NCBI GenBank assembly: GCA_964016885.1
Contig: OZ024741.1
Span: 56,854,001-56,918,000 of the forward strand
Length of the DNA stretch: 64,000 nt
Direction: 5' to 3'
Source: Eledone cirrhosa
Taxonomy: Eukaryota
The position numbers and the translations under genes were made by a program. A model generated the notes under the pieces. It saw only the letters and a list, made by a program, of their open reading frames with translations. It was not told the DNA's origin and did no database searches. Numbering within the stretch: the stretch's first letter is position 1; every line of letters begins with the position of its first letter. Positions 12,318-27,046 of this stretch are shown here, one piece after another.

Positions 12318-13085
12318 ATGGTTTTTAATTTAGGGACAAGGCCAGTAATTGCACTAATAGGCAAATTGGTCACTGGTTGTCTATAATGTAACTATATAAT
12401 GCACATTCAGCACCAATGTCATTGTAAGTTGATGAAATTTGGTCAATGTTTTTTAATTCAGTAAAGCTATAAAAAAAATTGTAAAATTTGAATGTGCAGC
12501 TATGTTTTGTTTCCTAAATATGATGTTTCAAAATTTTGCCAGAAACCAATAAATTAAGGTTATGGTGGATTAATTTCTTGATATCTCCAGTTCTTTATAT
12601 CGAATAATATTGAAATGTGGTACTCAACCCAATCTTGATGTGATGAATTAAAAAATGTTATCAAAAGGTATAGCTATTGTTTTAGTTATTTTGAAATAAG
12701 GGTCAATGTATTCTAAATAAAGCATATTTAGTTGTACTTTGATCCATGCAAAAATTGTCTTGGGTTCTCTTAAGCATCATTATAAATTAAGTGTTAACAA
12801 TCAGAGAGTGATTTGTAATGAAAAATGGAAAAGAGTAATTCCTACTTTAATATACTGCTAACCTTTTCATTTAATTATATTAAAATTAATTATATTAAAA
12901 TTACACTAAAGTTTTATGTTTAAATTGTCTACTTGACCTATAGTTTCAAACAAAGTAAATTATTATTGCTTCTTCAACGTAAAATTATTTTGTGTTCAAT
13001 ACTGATACTTCAAAGAGATTAATAATGACGCCAATATAATTAATGACACCAATAAAATTAATTAATATATATAAATATATGTCTA

Positions 13086-13185
13086 TATTCAGGTCAGTTA
13101 CTACAACGACACCATACCATGTACGTACGTTTCGTTGGTCATGATGACCAACTTGTTCAATCTGTAGTAGTAACTGACCTGAATA
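13086..13185 (-). mobile_element. 100-bp pLTR remnant with 19-bp terminal inversion and truncated hammerhead-like motif (13117-13160)
   Basis: tattcaggtcagttactac / gtagtaactgacctgaata; inside, UUGAACAA GUUGGUCA-UCA-UGACCAAC GAAA CGUACG UA. Confidence 0.6.
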
Positions 13186-13304
13186 ATTATATTCAAACTC
13201 GCCCTTCGGATTAAAGTTGCTCTAAACCTTAGATTTTTACTGTTCTATATTTTAAAGACGAGGAATTATTTACATTATAGGTGTCCTCATCTTGTTTTGT
13301 TGTT

Positions 13305-13350
13305 AACACAACGTTTCGGCTGATGTACCCTCCAGCCTTCATCAGGTGTC
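13305..13350 (-). ncRNA. Minimal (dimer-type) hammerhead ribozyme
   Basis: GACAC CUGAUGA aGGCUG-10nt-CAGCC GAAACGUU^GUGUU. Confidence 0.85.
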
Positions 13351-13457
13351 CTAGTGATGTTATTATTAACGTTTGTTCAGGTCACTGCCTAGAATTGTAC
13401 TCGGAATTTTGAGGTTGGTAGCCTACTTTTTAACGACTTTTTTTTTCTCGTGAATTT

Positions 13458-13805
13458 TTAGGGCTTATAAACTGATATTTTTCTATCCTTCCTCAATACC
13501 GGTTCCCATATACTACTCATATCTGCACTAGGTCTGCTTACGAGGTTATTGTGTCCTAGCGTATGTGCCTCTTTTAGCTTTCGTGTTTTCCAGTGGTGTT
13601 CTATGTCTATTATTATAACTTCATCCCACAGGGGAAGGTGGTCTCCGTTTTTCCATACATGATCGGCTATACCCGATTTATCGATCTCTCCTCGTGTCAC
13701 AGCTTTACGATGTTCTTCTACCCTTATTTTGAGGGGGCTGCCTGTTTCGCCTTTGTATAACCTACCACAGCTGCATGGGATGGAGTACACGCAGTCTTTG
13801 GTCAT
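13458..13805 (-). pseudogene. PLE GIY-YIG endonuclease domain (5'-truncated)
   Basis: CVYSIPCSCGRLYKGETGSPLKIRVEEH...SGIADHVW...RKLKEA. Confidence 0.85.
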
Positions 13806-13899
13806 ATTCTCTTCTATTGGTGCTTCTACTCGAAGGAGATATTTGTGAAGTGTTGTATTACGCTTGCTTAGATTTTTACTTACTTATTACTGCTACTAC

Positions 13900-14008
<109 letters not shown>

Positions 14009-14031
14009 GTGTATGTGTGTGCGCGCATGCG

Positions 14032-14276
14032 TTGAAAATGAACCTAGAGTTAGAAGCTTTAACGAACATATTTTTTTTACTAGGAAAAATAGCTTAACAA
14101 ATTGAGCATAAAAGCCCCTAGATAGAATAAGGTAGATGTGAGTTCGAATCCCACGGGCGACGCTGCCGATTTTTTTTTTCTGTCGAGGGTCTCTTATATC
14201 CAATTCGTTAGACTATTTTTCATAATAAAAAAAAAATACGTGTGTTGAAGCTTCTAACTCTAAGTTAATTTTCAAT
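14032..14276. repeat. Diverged ~100-bp-arm inverted repeat (MITE-like or old pLTR inversion)
   Basis: ttgaaaat..tagagttagaagctt / aagcttctaactcta..attttcaa; central gttcgaatcc. Confidence 0.7.
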
Positions 14277-14333
14277 GAGTACATATCCGCTCAACCTTTC
14301 TAAAAATAGATCATTATATATAAGGTATATAAA

Positions 14334-14525
14334 GGGCGGTGGCTTGGCAGTATCGGTAGAGGGTCGGACGCCATGCTTTGAAGCATAGAGTTGCCTCCCT
14401 TTATGATCTGAGTTCAAATCCCGCCGAGGTTAACTTTGTCCTTCATCCTTACGGGGTCGATAAAATAAAGTACCAGTAATGTACTAGGTAATTGCTGGCC
14501 TTGTGCCAAAAGTAGAAACAATTAT
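14334..14525 (+). mobile_element. Full-length SINE family A
   Basis: ggcggtggcttggcagtatcggtagag...gagttcaaatcccgccgagg...ggccttgtgccaaaagtagaaacaatta. Confidence 0.9.
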
Positions 14526-14924
14526 ATATAAGTTAGAATATATAACTATTTTAGAATTCGATGTTGTGTTAATGTGAATATCCCATCGACAGGCTGCCAA
14601 CCTCTAAAATCCCAAACGGGGAGTACCATGAAAAGAAGTGCCCCAAAATGGAGAGAAATGAGACAAAATGGTGAGATTACATAATGAAAGCTATACCCAT
14701 TTTCACAAAAACGGGGAAACGGGGTGAAATGAACCAAAACCAAAACGGGGAGATCTCGGGGAGAGTTGACAGGTCTGGATCGAAGCGAAGTGAAATATCT
14801 TTCGGTGAAAAGATGATATGGCTGTATATGTCTGTGAGCATTCAAAACTTCAGGGTCAGACATATAGAATAAGACAAGATGAAGTAGCTAATTACTCCAT
14901 TATTAAAGGTCGTTTTAGAGAAGA

Positions 14925-15224
14925 CTAGCAGAATGGCCCGGCGTTGCTCGGGATTTTCCCTACAGTTCTTATATATTTTATATATATTTATCCTTATCGA
15001 GCCACGTGAAATAAATACGTTTGTTTATATTTTGTGATTGTGTATGCAAAAATATCTGTACACGAATATATAATTATATATAATTATATATATATATATA
15101 TATATATTAAAATAACAGATTAAAGTTTAAGCAAAGAATCGCTGCTTTCACCCTTAACGGGATCTTCTGAAACTAAAAAAATCAATCTGTGAACGCAGAA
15201 GTAAATATTCCGAAAAACGTTAAA

Positions 15225-15286
<62 letters not shown>

Positions 15287-15597
15287 TATATATACATATA
15301 TATACACACACACACATATAGCGACGTCATAATATCGTAATGCAGACACCCAGATATACAGACAGATATTATAAGGGCGCAACGTTATATCTATGTATCT
15401 ATCTAAAAAGAAAGATTAAGAATTATAGAGAGATATCGCTAAATCGCCTAATGCGGTCCCATGGGCATTGAAAATTTGAAATATATTTTGCTCAACAGGA
15501 CCATAAGTATTACGTGTGTAAAGTTTGAAAATAATCGGTTGGGTGGTTCTCGAGTTTTAGGGAGTCAGACAGACATTCTCTGTTTTAGATATATAGA
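14925..15597 (-). mobile_element. Non-autonomous Helitron
   Basis: Minus strand starts A|TCtatatatctaaaac and ends cccgagcaacgccggg hairpin + CTAG|T; homologous to 30721-30990. Confidence 0.8.
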
Positions 15598-16086
15598 TAA
15601 TTATCAATGTACAGACCAATCGATGGCAGTTATACAACTCCATAGCATTCGCCTCGAAAAGGCACACCCAATCTGCTGTCTATCCTCAGAAAAAATGTTG
15701 CTCTCCGAAACGGTCCTAAAACAACAGATCAATTAATTACTTAACCTTGTCTTACCCTTTCACGTCCCGGTTATTCGAGGGATTTTCATTAGAACCTAAC
15801 TAATAATTGTTCGCGGAAACCACCGGATACTAACGGAATCATAAATATCTTCCGCGATTTTTTATGGCTTTTTAAGTGGCAATATATATTTTTTCGCGCT
15901 TTTTAACACTAAATTATTAATAACAATATACTGTATTTGCCGGCCTATATTTTACGTTATGTTTTGACGTTTATAGGCATTTTTATGGACCACGTCCAAT
16001 ATTCGCGGTTTTTCACTCTTCGCAGGTGCTCTAGGAACGTAACCACCGCGAGTACCGGGGAACAACTTTATGTACATTACATACAT

Positions 16087-16130
<44 letters not shown>

Positions 16131-16134
<4 letters not shown>

Positions 16135-16580
16135 ATGGAAAAAATGAAATTTCATTTCTCACTTAGTACGGCTGATACTTAAATATAAGTATGTATACGT
16201 ACATACATATATGTATACAGACGTACAGTAGTATGTATATACATTCATGCACATATATATATATATGTACGTATGGGTTTACCGAACATTTATTATAATG
16301 CTCGGTTTGTTTGTAAACAAAAAGCCGAATTATTAACCGTACAGTGTTCGGCAACCATCGTTGCTATTTTGTTCAACACTGACAAAGAAACGATGAACTA
16401 GTTTCTAGCTTATTAGCTGTCATCAGCACCGTATACCTCCCTGTCAGTTGATTGAACGTTTGAAAGTATATACTTTCCTTATGCACATCGAGTGAATTAG
16501 TCGGCCGGGCGTACCGAAAACGATAAATGGAAAAAATTAAATTTCATTTCTCACTGATACTTAAATATAAGTATGTATAC
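16131..16580 (-). mobile_element. Partial-tandem non-coding HHR unit (392-nt period) in (TA)n
   Basis: ataaatggaaaaaat.aaatttcatttctcact at 16131 and 16523. Confidence 0.75.
16391..16431 (-). ncRNA. Minimal type I hammerhead ribozyme
   Basis: CGGUG CUGAUGA cAGCU-AAUA-AGCUa GAAA CUAG UU^CAUCG. Confidence 0.85.
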
Positions 16581-16583
16581 TGA

Positions 16584-16633
<50 letters not shown>

Positions 16634-17375
16634 GTGTGTGTGTGTGTGTACGACTAGCTTCTGCAGTCAACCTAATGATATGGAAGACGCCCAATATGCC
16701 AACTGGAACTACCTGGTTGCACAGCGAACTCCTTAAACATGCAGCCATGCACATGCCTATAAACCTCTTTCACAGAAATTCTCTATCTTTACATTTTTAG
16801 AAATATTTAAGACTAAATATACATATCCCATTAATTCTCTGTTTATAACGATACCATCTGCAAGTATCTTATCACTTCCTTGGTACACAGGTATTAATCA
16901 TTTACTACAACAAATGGATTGCTCCGACCCCGCCACCACCACCACCACCCCAGCATTTCACATCTTATCGCGCTCTTGTTTGCATATTATATTTTTTATA
17001 TTCACTGACAAAGTTAAAACATTACATAACAAGAAAAGACACAGAAACCAATTTTTTTATAAAGCAAGAACGCAACTCTCTCAACATTCATTCGATTTGT
17101 GATCTCTCTAAAATATTCTCAGGAGAATATGATAACTGTAAAGAAAAATCGAAGACACTCCAATGATAGATGGAAAGACCGAGTGCTAAAATAGTCTCAA
17201 TGCCAATCATGAATGGAACTCAATGCAGTGCCAATGAATAGCAATATACGAAGGAAATGATATTTCATATATCATATACTGCTGTAAACAGAAATAACGA
17301 AACGATGAAAAAAATAGGAATTGTTTTATTATAATCATGCTGCTTATTTCAATTTTGAATATCACTCCCCCTTTC

Positions 17376-18654
<1,279 letters not shown>

Positions 18655-18659
18655 CATAC

Positions 18660-18758
<99 letters not shown>

Positions 18759-19607
18759 TATTGAAGTTTCCGTTGAAAATTGAAAAAGTCATAGGAGTGA
18801 AGAGTGCTCTATGTAAGTACCAGAGCAAAATTTAATGTATAATAAACAATACAATATAATTACCTCATTACCAGAGGTTTCCCGAATAAGACGAATACGA
18901 AAAACGTCCTCATTCGTTCGTCGGACAAGGCAATTTAAAACAGTGAAATATTTGGAAAGTCTCCTCAAGAAATGCGAAAAATATATAAATAAATAAATAA
19001 ATAAAAGTAATGCAAGAGATATTAAAAAAATATATAAAAAATATATAAAAAAATATAAGGAAATATAGTTAGAGTATGTGTATATGTATGTATATACACT
19101 CACAATGTACATATGTGTGTATGTACAAATGCATGTGTATGGTGAAAATGTGTGTGTAAGTACATATATGAGGGCAAGTATATTTGTGTATATGTGACCA
19201 CAAATACGTATATAATATGAGTTGAAAAAGAAAATGATAATATAGTTGACACGCATCCAGATACAGGTATTAAATACACATACGAGTATGAAAGCACGCG
19301 TATAAACACACACACACGCGCGCGGTCACTTATATGCGGAAGATAAAGAGGGAAGGGAGTGTAATAGTAAAAAGAAGTGTCATTCTCGATATATGTATAC
19401 ATTTTTAAATCAAAGAGAAAGTAATCAATTAACACTAGAGAAAAGAAAACAAACATAGGTACGCATGTGCATACACATATATCTATAAAAAATATTTATG
19501 CACACAAATACGTACAGACAAAAGCGCATGCATGCGTACATACATACACACGAGGCATATATATATATATATATATCGCCCCATGTATATCTAATCACAC
19601 GTACGTA

Positions 19608-20230
19608 CTACTAATGTAGGCAAAAAATTCCTAGAGCTCTTAGATAAACATTTCCCTAGAACACATAGATACTATAAGATCTTCAATAGAAACTGTGTCA
19701 AAATTAGCTACTCCTGCGATCCCCCTATTAAATCTTATATCATCAATAAGAAATCACCCAGAGAACATAAAAATTGCTCCTATAGAGTCAAAATTGAATG
19801 CCCATTACAAGGTAAATGCAACACCAAAGCCATTGTATATGCGGCTAAAGTGACAACCATCAGCAACAACCAACCAGCCACCAGCGAACGATATGTGGGT
19901 ATGACACAAGACAAATTCAAAACGCGTTATTACTCACATGTCGCATCTTTCCGACATCCATAAAAAAGATTCACAACAGCTCTGGCTAGCAGAATATGGG
20001 ATTTGAAATACCAAGGTATCCAATATAAATTGGATTGGTCAATTTTGAACCAATCTAAAGAATAAGCAAGAGGAACAAGAAGATGCACACTCTGCATAAG
20101 TGAAAAATATTGGATTTTACAAAACCTTAAATCACCAAAAACCTGCCTAAATACAAAAACAGAAATTTTCACCAGTTGCCCACACATGAAATCACACTTG
20201 CTTTCCAGCTCATATAAACTTAACTCACTT
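19608..20230 (+). pseudogene. PLE C-terminal zinc-binding / GIY-YIG region with in-frame stops
   Basis: Manual translation: NVGKKFLELLDKHFP...KISYSC...CPLQGKC..AIVYAAKV...YVGMT...CTLCISEK. Confidence 0.85.
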
Positions 20231-21552
20231 TCAGATACTTATCCTCCATAAACTCTTATTCTTCACTTTCCTTAAATTATTGTCTTTACAGACTTCTCTT
20301 TCTGATTTACTTTCATTTTTAACTTTATTTTTAATTTTTATTTTTATTTTTATTTTTATTTTTATTTTTACTTCACATCCACCAGTAACCCCCCCCCCCC
20401 CTACTTTTCGATTCACTTACCTTCACATTCCATATTTTACTTCCCCGTTTTCTTTCACTACCTGATTCGACATGTCACTTGCGTTTTCCACTCCAGATAT
20501 ATTCTGTTGTTTCGCAGCCGATTTTATATTTGTACTCATTTATTCATATGGATGATTTATAATCTGTATCTATGTGTCTGAGTGTGCTTATGTGTGTATA
20601 CGTTCTGTATATGTATACGGACGCCTCCGTGTGTGTGCGTGCGTACGTATATATATGCGTGTGTATGTGTGTTTTTATATCTATGTTTTTTATATCTATG
20701 TTTTTTTTTATATCTATGTTTTTTACATTCTTATTTTTACGTGTGTGTGTATGCGGGTGAATGTATGTGAATGTGTATGTATATGTGTATATATGTATAT
20801 GTATGTATGGGTGTGTATGTGTATGTGTATATATATATATATATAGTCGCGTACGTACGTGTGATTAGATATACATGGGGCGATATATATATATATATAT
20901 ACGTGCCTCGTGTGTATGTATGTACGCATGGATGCGCTTTTGTCTGTACGTATTTGTGTGTATAAATATTTTTTTATAGATATATGTGTATGTACATGCG
21001 TACCTATGTTTGTTTTCTTTTCTCTAGTGTTAATTGATTACTTTCTCTTTGATTTAAAAATTTATACATATATCGAGAATGACACTTCTTTTTACTATTA
21101 CACTCCCTTTCCTCTTTATCTTCCGCATATAAGTGACCGCGCGTGTGTGTGTGTTTATACGCATGCTTTCATACTCGTATGTGTATTTAATGCCTGTATC
21201 TGGATGCGTGTCAACTATATTATCATTTTCTTTTTCAACTCATATTATATACGTATTTGTGGTCACATATACACAAATATACTTACCCTCATATATGTAC
21301 TTACACACACATTTTCACCATACACATGCATTTGTACATACACACATATGTACATTTGTGAGTGTATATACATACATATACACATACCCTAACTATATTT
21401 CCTTATATTTTTTTATATATTTTTTATATATTCTTTTATATATTTTTTTAATATCTCTTGCATTACTTTTATTTATTTATTTATTTATTTATTTATATAT
21501 TTTTCGCATTTCTTGAGGAGACTTTCCAAATATTTCACTGTTTTAAACTGCC

Positions 21553-21624
21553 TTGTCCGACGAACGAATGAGGACGTTTTTCGTATTCGTCTTATTCGGG
21601 AAACCTCTGGTAATGAGGTAATTT
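21553..21624 (+). ncRNA. Hammerhead-like motif with U4C core and weak stem I (mirror at ~18855-18928, minus strand)
   Basis: CCGACGA aCGAAUGAGGACG..CGUCUUAUUCGg GAAACCUC-UGGUAAU-GAGGUA^. Confidence 0.6.
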
Positions 21625-21641
21625 TATTGTATTGTTTATTA

Positions 21642-21705
<64 letters not shown>

Positions 21706-22824
21706 TTCTATCTCTGCCTCTCTCTGAACTGAATCCAACAACGGAAATGACAAGGACCACAAGACTTGGCGACATTCTGTTCTGGAGAAGTCCTGCCTAC
21801 CACCATAAAATGTGTTTTGACTCATCCTCATGCCTTAACTCCACTGGCACTCCTTAGTAGCTACCTTAGCCATCACTGTTCACCACCACTCCACCCATGC
21901 TCCCTCCACTATCATTCCTTATCTATTCTCACCATCACTACACTCGCCAATAAAATCCTTAGTAACTACACTCATTATCACCCTTTAGTAGCTACTCTCA
22001 CCATTCCTGTGCATAGAAACTCCATACGGCTCCTTCAATCTTTCTCCTTAGATATTCCCATCTTCACTACACCTAAAAAAATCCTAACAGACTGGTGATT
22101 ACCCCTTTATGATATCGACCACCCCATCAACACCCCTCCAGCACCATCACTACACTCCCATCAAATATCTTGACACACCATGTGACTACACTCGCTATGC
22201 TATTGGAAGCTACCCCTCCCCTCCTGCTTATCACCCTATCAAACACGCATAACATCATAAACATCATACTTATCTTCGTTGTCTTCCCGATCCGCAGAGC
22301 AAAGAGGTTTTTTTTTTTTTTTCAATTGGAACAGCAATTAACAACCTCTCTAGTGCTGGTGCCACGAAAATGCACCTAGTACACAGAGCCGGATTGATTA
22401 GAGTGGAGGGGCAAATGCCATGGCCCCCTCATCAAACAGAGAGCCCCTTCTCCGAACAGAGCCTTTTCTTCAAACAGAGAGAGAGCTCCTGTTACATCCT
22501 GTTCATAAACACAATTTTATCTTTTCGAGGGTATGTTTTTAAAATGTAATTGATGTCACTTTCGTGTCAATTTAACAACATTTTTCTACTTTAGCAACAC
22601 AAGTTGGCGAAAGTAGGGGGAGCTGCTGTATGTGTTGTAAGTGTACGCATGTGTATGAGTATATGTGTAGTTATTATATCAATGATGGTACTGGGTGTGT
22701 ATATATATTTGTGTATGTGTGGGGGGGAGGCAATGACTATTCTTTTGCTGTCTCCTTTATTTGACCCCATGACCTTTTAGTGGACTGAAGTATTTGAAGA
22801 AATTCAAATCTTTTCTTCTCTATT

Positions 22825-22955
<131 letters not shown>

Positions 22956-23149
22956 TACAGATCTCTGCTTATATATATATATATATACACATACATTCAT
23001 ATATAAATATATAAATATATGTATGTACGTGTTGTTATATGAGGGTCCTACCAAACCTGAACTCACCCCTTAAGGTCTAAATATTGTCCTGTATACATGA
23101 GTATACACATACACATTCTTCTAGAACAGGGACCCCAACCTGTGACCCT

Positions 23150-23270
23150 GGCACTTTATTTTATTGATCCCGTAAGGATGAAAGGCAAAGCTAACCTCGA
23201 CTGGATTTTAACTCAGAACGTAAAGGGCCGTAGCTCTCTGCCGCTAAGCAATGTTGCCCGACGCTCTACC
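23150..23270 (-). mobile_element. SINE family A (degenerate)
   Basis: gatcccgtaaggatgaaaggcaaagctaacctcg...aactcagaacg. Confidence 0.75.
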
Positions 23271-23739
23271 GTAATCTATATTATAACAGGAAACCTGTTT
23301 CTCTGACTCTCGGTCCCTCTGTCCGTCACACTTCATATATATATATATAGGTGTGTGTGTATTCTGTGTGTGTGTCTATGTGTGGGTGTGTGGAAAAATT
23401 CAACATATACACAACGCAACTTCAAAAAAGGACAAAAGACGTGTGTCTGTTTCCCTATGTCCATCAATATATAGATAACACGTCAGACTTCAATATATAG
23501 ATAACACGTCAGACTTCAATAGACTTTCTCGGAAAAAACGTGTGTTTTAAGTGCATGTCTGACATCATAAAAACGTGAACCATATTATCTTCGATAGTAT
23601 GGTTACTTCTAATATGCGTCCCTCATCTAAATTTGGAATGTTAATGTGGCCTTTTGATGGAAAAAGGTTGGGGGTCCTCAATCTGGAATATATACATACA
23701 CTTGATTAAGTCCCTATCATTTCGTTTACATTATTATCA

Positions 23740-25590
23740 TTGCGACCACAGTCGAACATTCCTGATAAAGTCTCTCTACAATTCACGATTTCCCATTGCT
23801 TCTGACAACTACTTACTGAGGTTTGTACCGTCTGAGAGTTGATCGATGAATGTTCGAGCAGGTCTTTCTCTAATCCGTCTCCCATCAGTTGGTTCACACA
23901 ATAGTAGCTTGTGTATAACTTCATGCTCACTTCCCTAGCAATGTCCTACAAATCGCAACCGTCTTTGAGCAATTGCGCAAATTTCCGTATAAACTTTCAT
24001 TTGCAATACATTTACGTCAGTTTGTTTTGTACAACCTCTAGCATTTTAGTGCATGCACCATTTAGTTTCTTCTCAAGTGTTTGTGTTTGGGTCCATGTAT
24101 CTGACACATACAACACTGACTCAACAGATGTTCTGAGGAATAATATTTATATTTTTCTGGGTAGTTCTGACTTCCATTTCCTTTTCATTTTGTTCATCGT
24201 AGCCGATACTTTGATAATTCTAATATCAATGTCCTTTTTTATGAACTCATCCAGCTGCCTAAATATAGAAAATCATCAACTCACTTTAGTATTCTGCCAT
24301 TCAGTGTGACAAGATATCCATCTTCTTGATTTAGTGATATGTACTCTGTCTTGGTAACAATTAAGTGAAAACCAATTTTCCTGGTAGAGAGTTCAAATTT
24401 ATGAAGAAGTTCTTGAACTTGATCAATAGTATTTATATGTGATACAGCAAACTCTGTATCACATATAATAGTTGGTGGGTTTCGCTTGCTTTTCTTTTGT
24501 GGGGATGTAAAGCCGAGATCTTGTTCATTAACAATAGCTTTCTTCGTGGTCGAGTCCAGTGCGATTTTAAAAGACATGTTCCTAATGTGTTGCATCGAAG
24601 GACAACCGCTAGGATTTTAAAACAACTCGGTATCACCATCAGAGGAGAGAACTTGAGGTTCGGTGTTTATGTCGCGTACATTTATAACAGAAGCTATGGC
24701 ATCAGGCATCCTTTATGCAAGTAGGATTGACATAAGCTTTCCTCTATGGATGAAGTCGAAAGCCTTTTTTAAAGTCAATGAAAGTTAGTACAGCTTTTTC
24801 CGGTCATTTGATCTGACACCTTCTAGTAGACTCCGCAGTGTCAATATTTGTGAGATAGTCGTAGTATTCTGTCTGAAACCATTTCGATTTATTGTGAGTT
24901 TCAGATCTAGATGTGGTTTTATTCTGTTTAGTACCATTCTGTTATAGATTTTAGCTGCAGCTTCTGCCAAAGTAATTCCTCTGTGATTTGTTATATATCC
25001 CGGGGTCACACTTCTTGGGTAGAGTCACCATTCTGCCCTTTCTCCAGATTTTCGGTATAACTCTTTTGAAAGTTTTTTTGGCAGACGTCAAGCAGTTCAT
25101 CGTTCATGCATAGTTTCCATACTTCTGCTGGTATATTATCCAAGCCTCTAGCTTTGTTGCTTTGTGTCGACTTGATTGCATCTTCCAACCCCTGCATTGC
25201 AAAATAACCAACATCAATAGGCAGTAGATCAAATACCTTGTCAATATTTTCTTCAGCTATAAAGAGAGGTTGTCCAAGTAACTTAGCAAAATGTTCCTAA
25301 TACAACAACTCTTTCCTCGGGGCTTTCAGCTTTTATATTACCTTTGTTGGATTTCTTTCTTCCAGTTATTTCGTTGATAACACTCCCTGCAAGCTTAACC
25401 TTTTGATTTAAGCGCGCATTATGCAATAGTTATACTTTCTCCCTAGTGTAGCTTTCTTCTTCTTCTTTAATATAACATCATCCAGATTCCTTTTAGATTC
25501 AACTACAAGCTGTTTGTTTCTTTCAGTCGGATGAAGCACATGTTTAGAATAGGCACTTTTTGATGTTTTCCTTTTCTTTACTACGTGGAG
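23740..25590 (-). pseudogene. Degenerate LINE (RTE-like) reverse transcriptase
   Basis: NKARGLDNIPAEVWK, NHRGITL..AAKIYNRM, NGFRQ, FIDFKKAFD. Confidence 0.85.
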
Positions 25591-25609
25591 AATCTTTTGA
25601 GTGAATGTA

Positions 25610-26010
25610 ATCTGACTGATTTGGAAGTTAGGTATAAGAAAAGAACTGAAGTCAACTTGATGATATTTTAATAAAGAATGAATAGAAAATGCAATGAACT
25701 ATGAAGCTTATAACTCTTTCTTACTTCTAGATTCAGACTAGCGTCCTATCACAGCAAAAATCAGATTATCACTAAGATATAACAAAACTAGCAAGACAAA
25801 GAAAATGCCGACTAAACACAAATGAGAACATGAGAGAAAATTAAACAGTTGAAATTAGTAACAGATACCATGCTCTTCACGACCAATCTCAAAACAATTC
25901 TGTCAACACAATGTATGAGAACATAATTGAACCACATAAAAAGTGGTGCAGAAGTGCACATATCTTTGAAACTACGTAAAGCAAAGAAATATCTTTGAAA
26001 CTACGTAAAC
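25610..26010 (+). pseudogene. Inverted 5' segment of the same LINE (APE endonuclease C-terminus)
   Basis: Manual translation SQLDDILIK...NYEAYNSF..DSD*RPITAKIRLSLR. Confidence 0.65.
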
Positions 26011-26102
26011 CAAGAAGTTGACATTATGTGTGCATATATCTATATCTATCTATTATATTATATATATATATAAATAGAGAGATAGAGAGAGAAAGAGAGA
26101 AA

Positions 26103-26139
<37 letters not shown>

Positions 26140-26154
26140 TGGGAGAGAGAGAGC

Positions 26155-26247
<93 letters not shown>

Positions 26248-26494
26248 ATTGGAAACAGCACGGATCTGTTTTTCTTTTTTTCTTCTTTGATCTGTCAGAG
26301 TGATATTATTGAAAAAGTGAGAGGAACAATTTATTTTTAAATAAAGGAGTTTTATAATGTATATAAAAAATATATATATATTATATATATATATTTTATA
26401 TACATTATAAAACTTCTTTTTTTTTTAAATTGTTCCTCTCATTTTTTTCAATAATGTTACTTTGAGGGATCAAAGAAAAAGATTGGACCCGGGA

Positions 26495-26555
<61 letters not shown>

Positions 26556-26585
26556 GGATGGATGTATGCATGCATGTGTGTATGT

Positions 26586-26687
26586 ATGTAAAAGGATAAC
26601 AAAAATAACAAAAGAAACGGCACAGTATATGGAAGAAATATATTAGTTTAACGCTTGAAATAACAGGAAGAGAGTCTTAACGTTTCG
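26586..26687 (-). mobile_element. Terminal remnant of the PLE family at 31803-35500, cut inside the HHR
   Basis: tgtaaaagg..aaataacaa...cagtatatggaag...gtcttaacgtttcg matches 31803-31963. Confidence 0.75.
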
Positions 26688-26925
26688 TCAACAAATCCGA
26701 GACGTAAACACAAGAAAAATCCCCTTAAGTAGCCATATTGCAGATTGTGCAGGAATGACCCTACCCAACTTTAGAATCTTTCCCCTTTACAAGTGCCCCG
26801 ATTCTTTCACTCAACAACAAAGAATAAATAAATAAAAATTGTTTATTAATAGATTTAAACCAAAATTAAATATGTAATCACCACATTAGATTCTCTCTCT
26901 CTCCCACAGAGAGAGAGAGAGAGTG

Positions 26926-27046
<121 letters not shown>

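Larger units (their letters stand above)
13190..13835 (-). mobile_element. PLE 3' fragment (GIY-YIG + pLTR)
   Basis: ORF 13458..13805 followed by an HHR-bearing UTR. Confidence 0.85.
18757..21645 (+). mobile_element. PLE with inverted 5' pLTR (18757-19608), GIY-YIG end and 3' pLTR
   Basis: 18835-19608 is the reverse complement of ~20850-21645; both ends lie in (TA)n. Confidence 0.9.

Noticed and set aside
15137-15173. CAGAAGA-UCCC/GGGU-GAAA motif on the minus strand (similar weak cases at 3115-3215 and 27608-27650)
   Set aside because: Multiple core substitutions and no valid NUH site or stem I.
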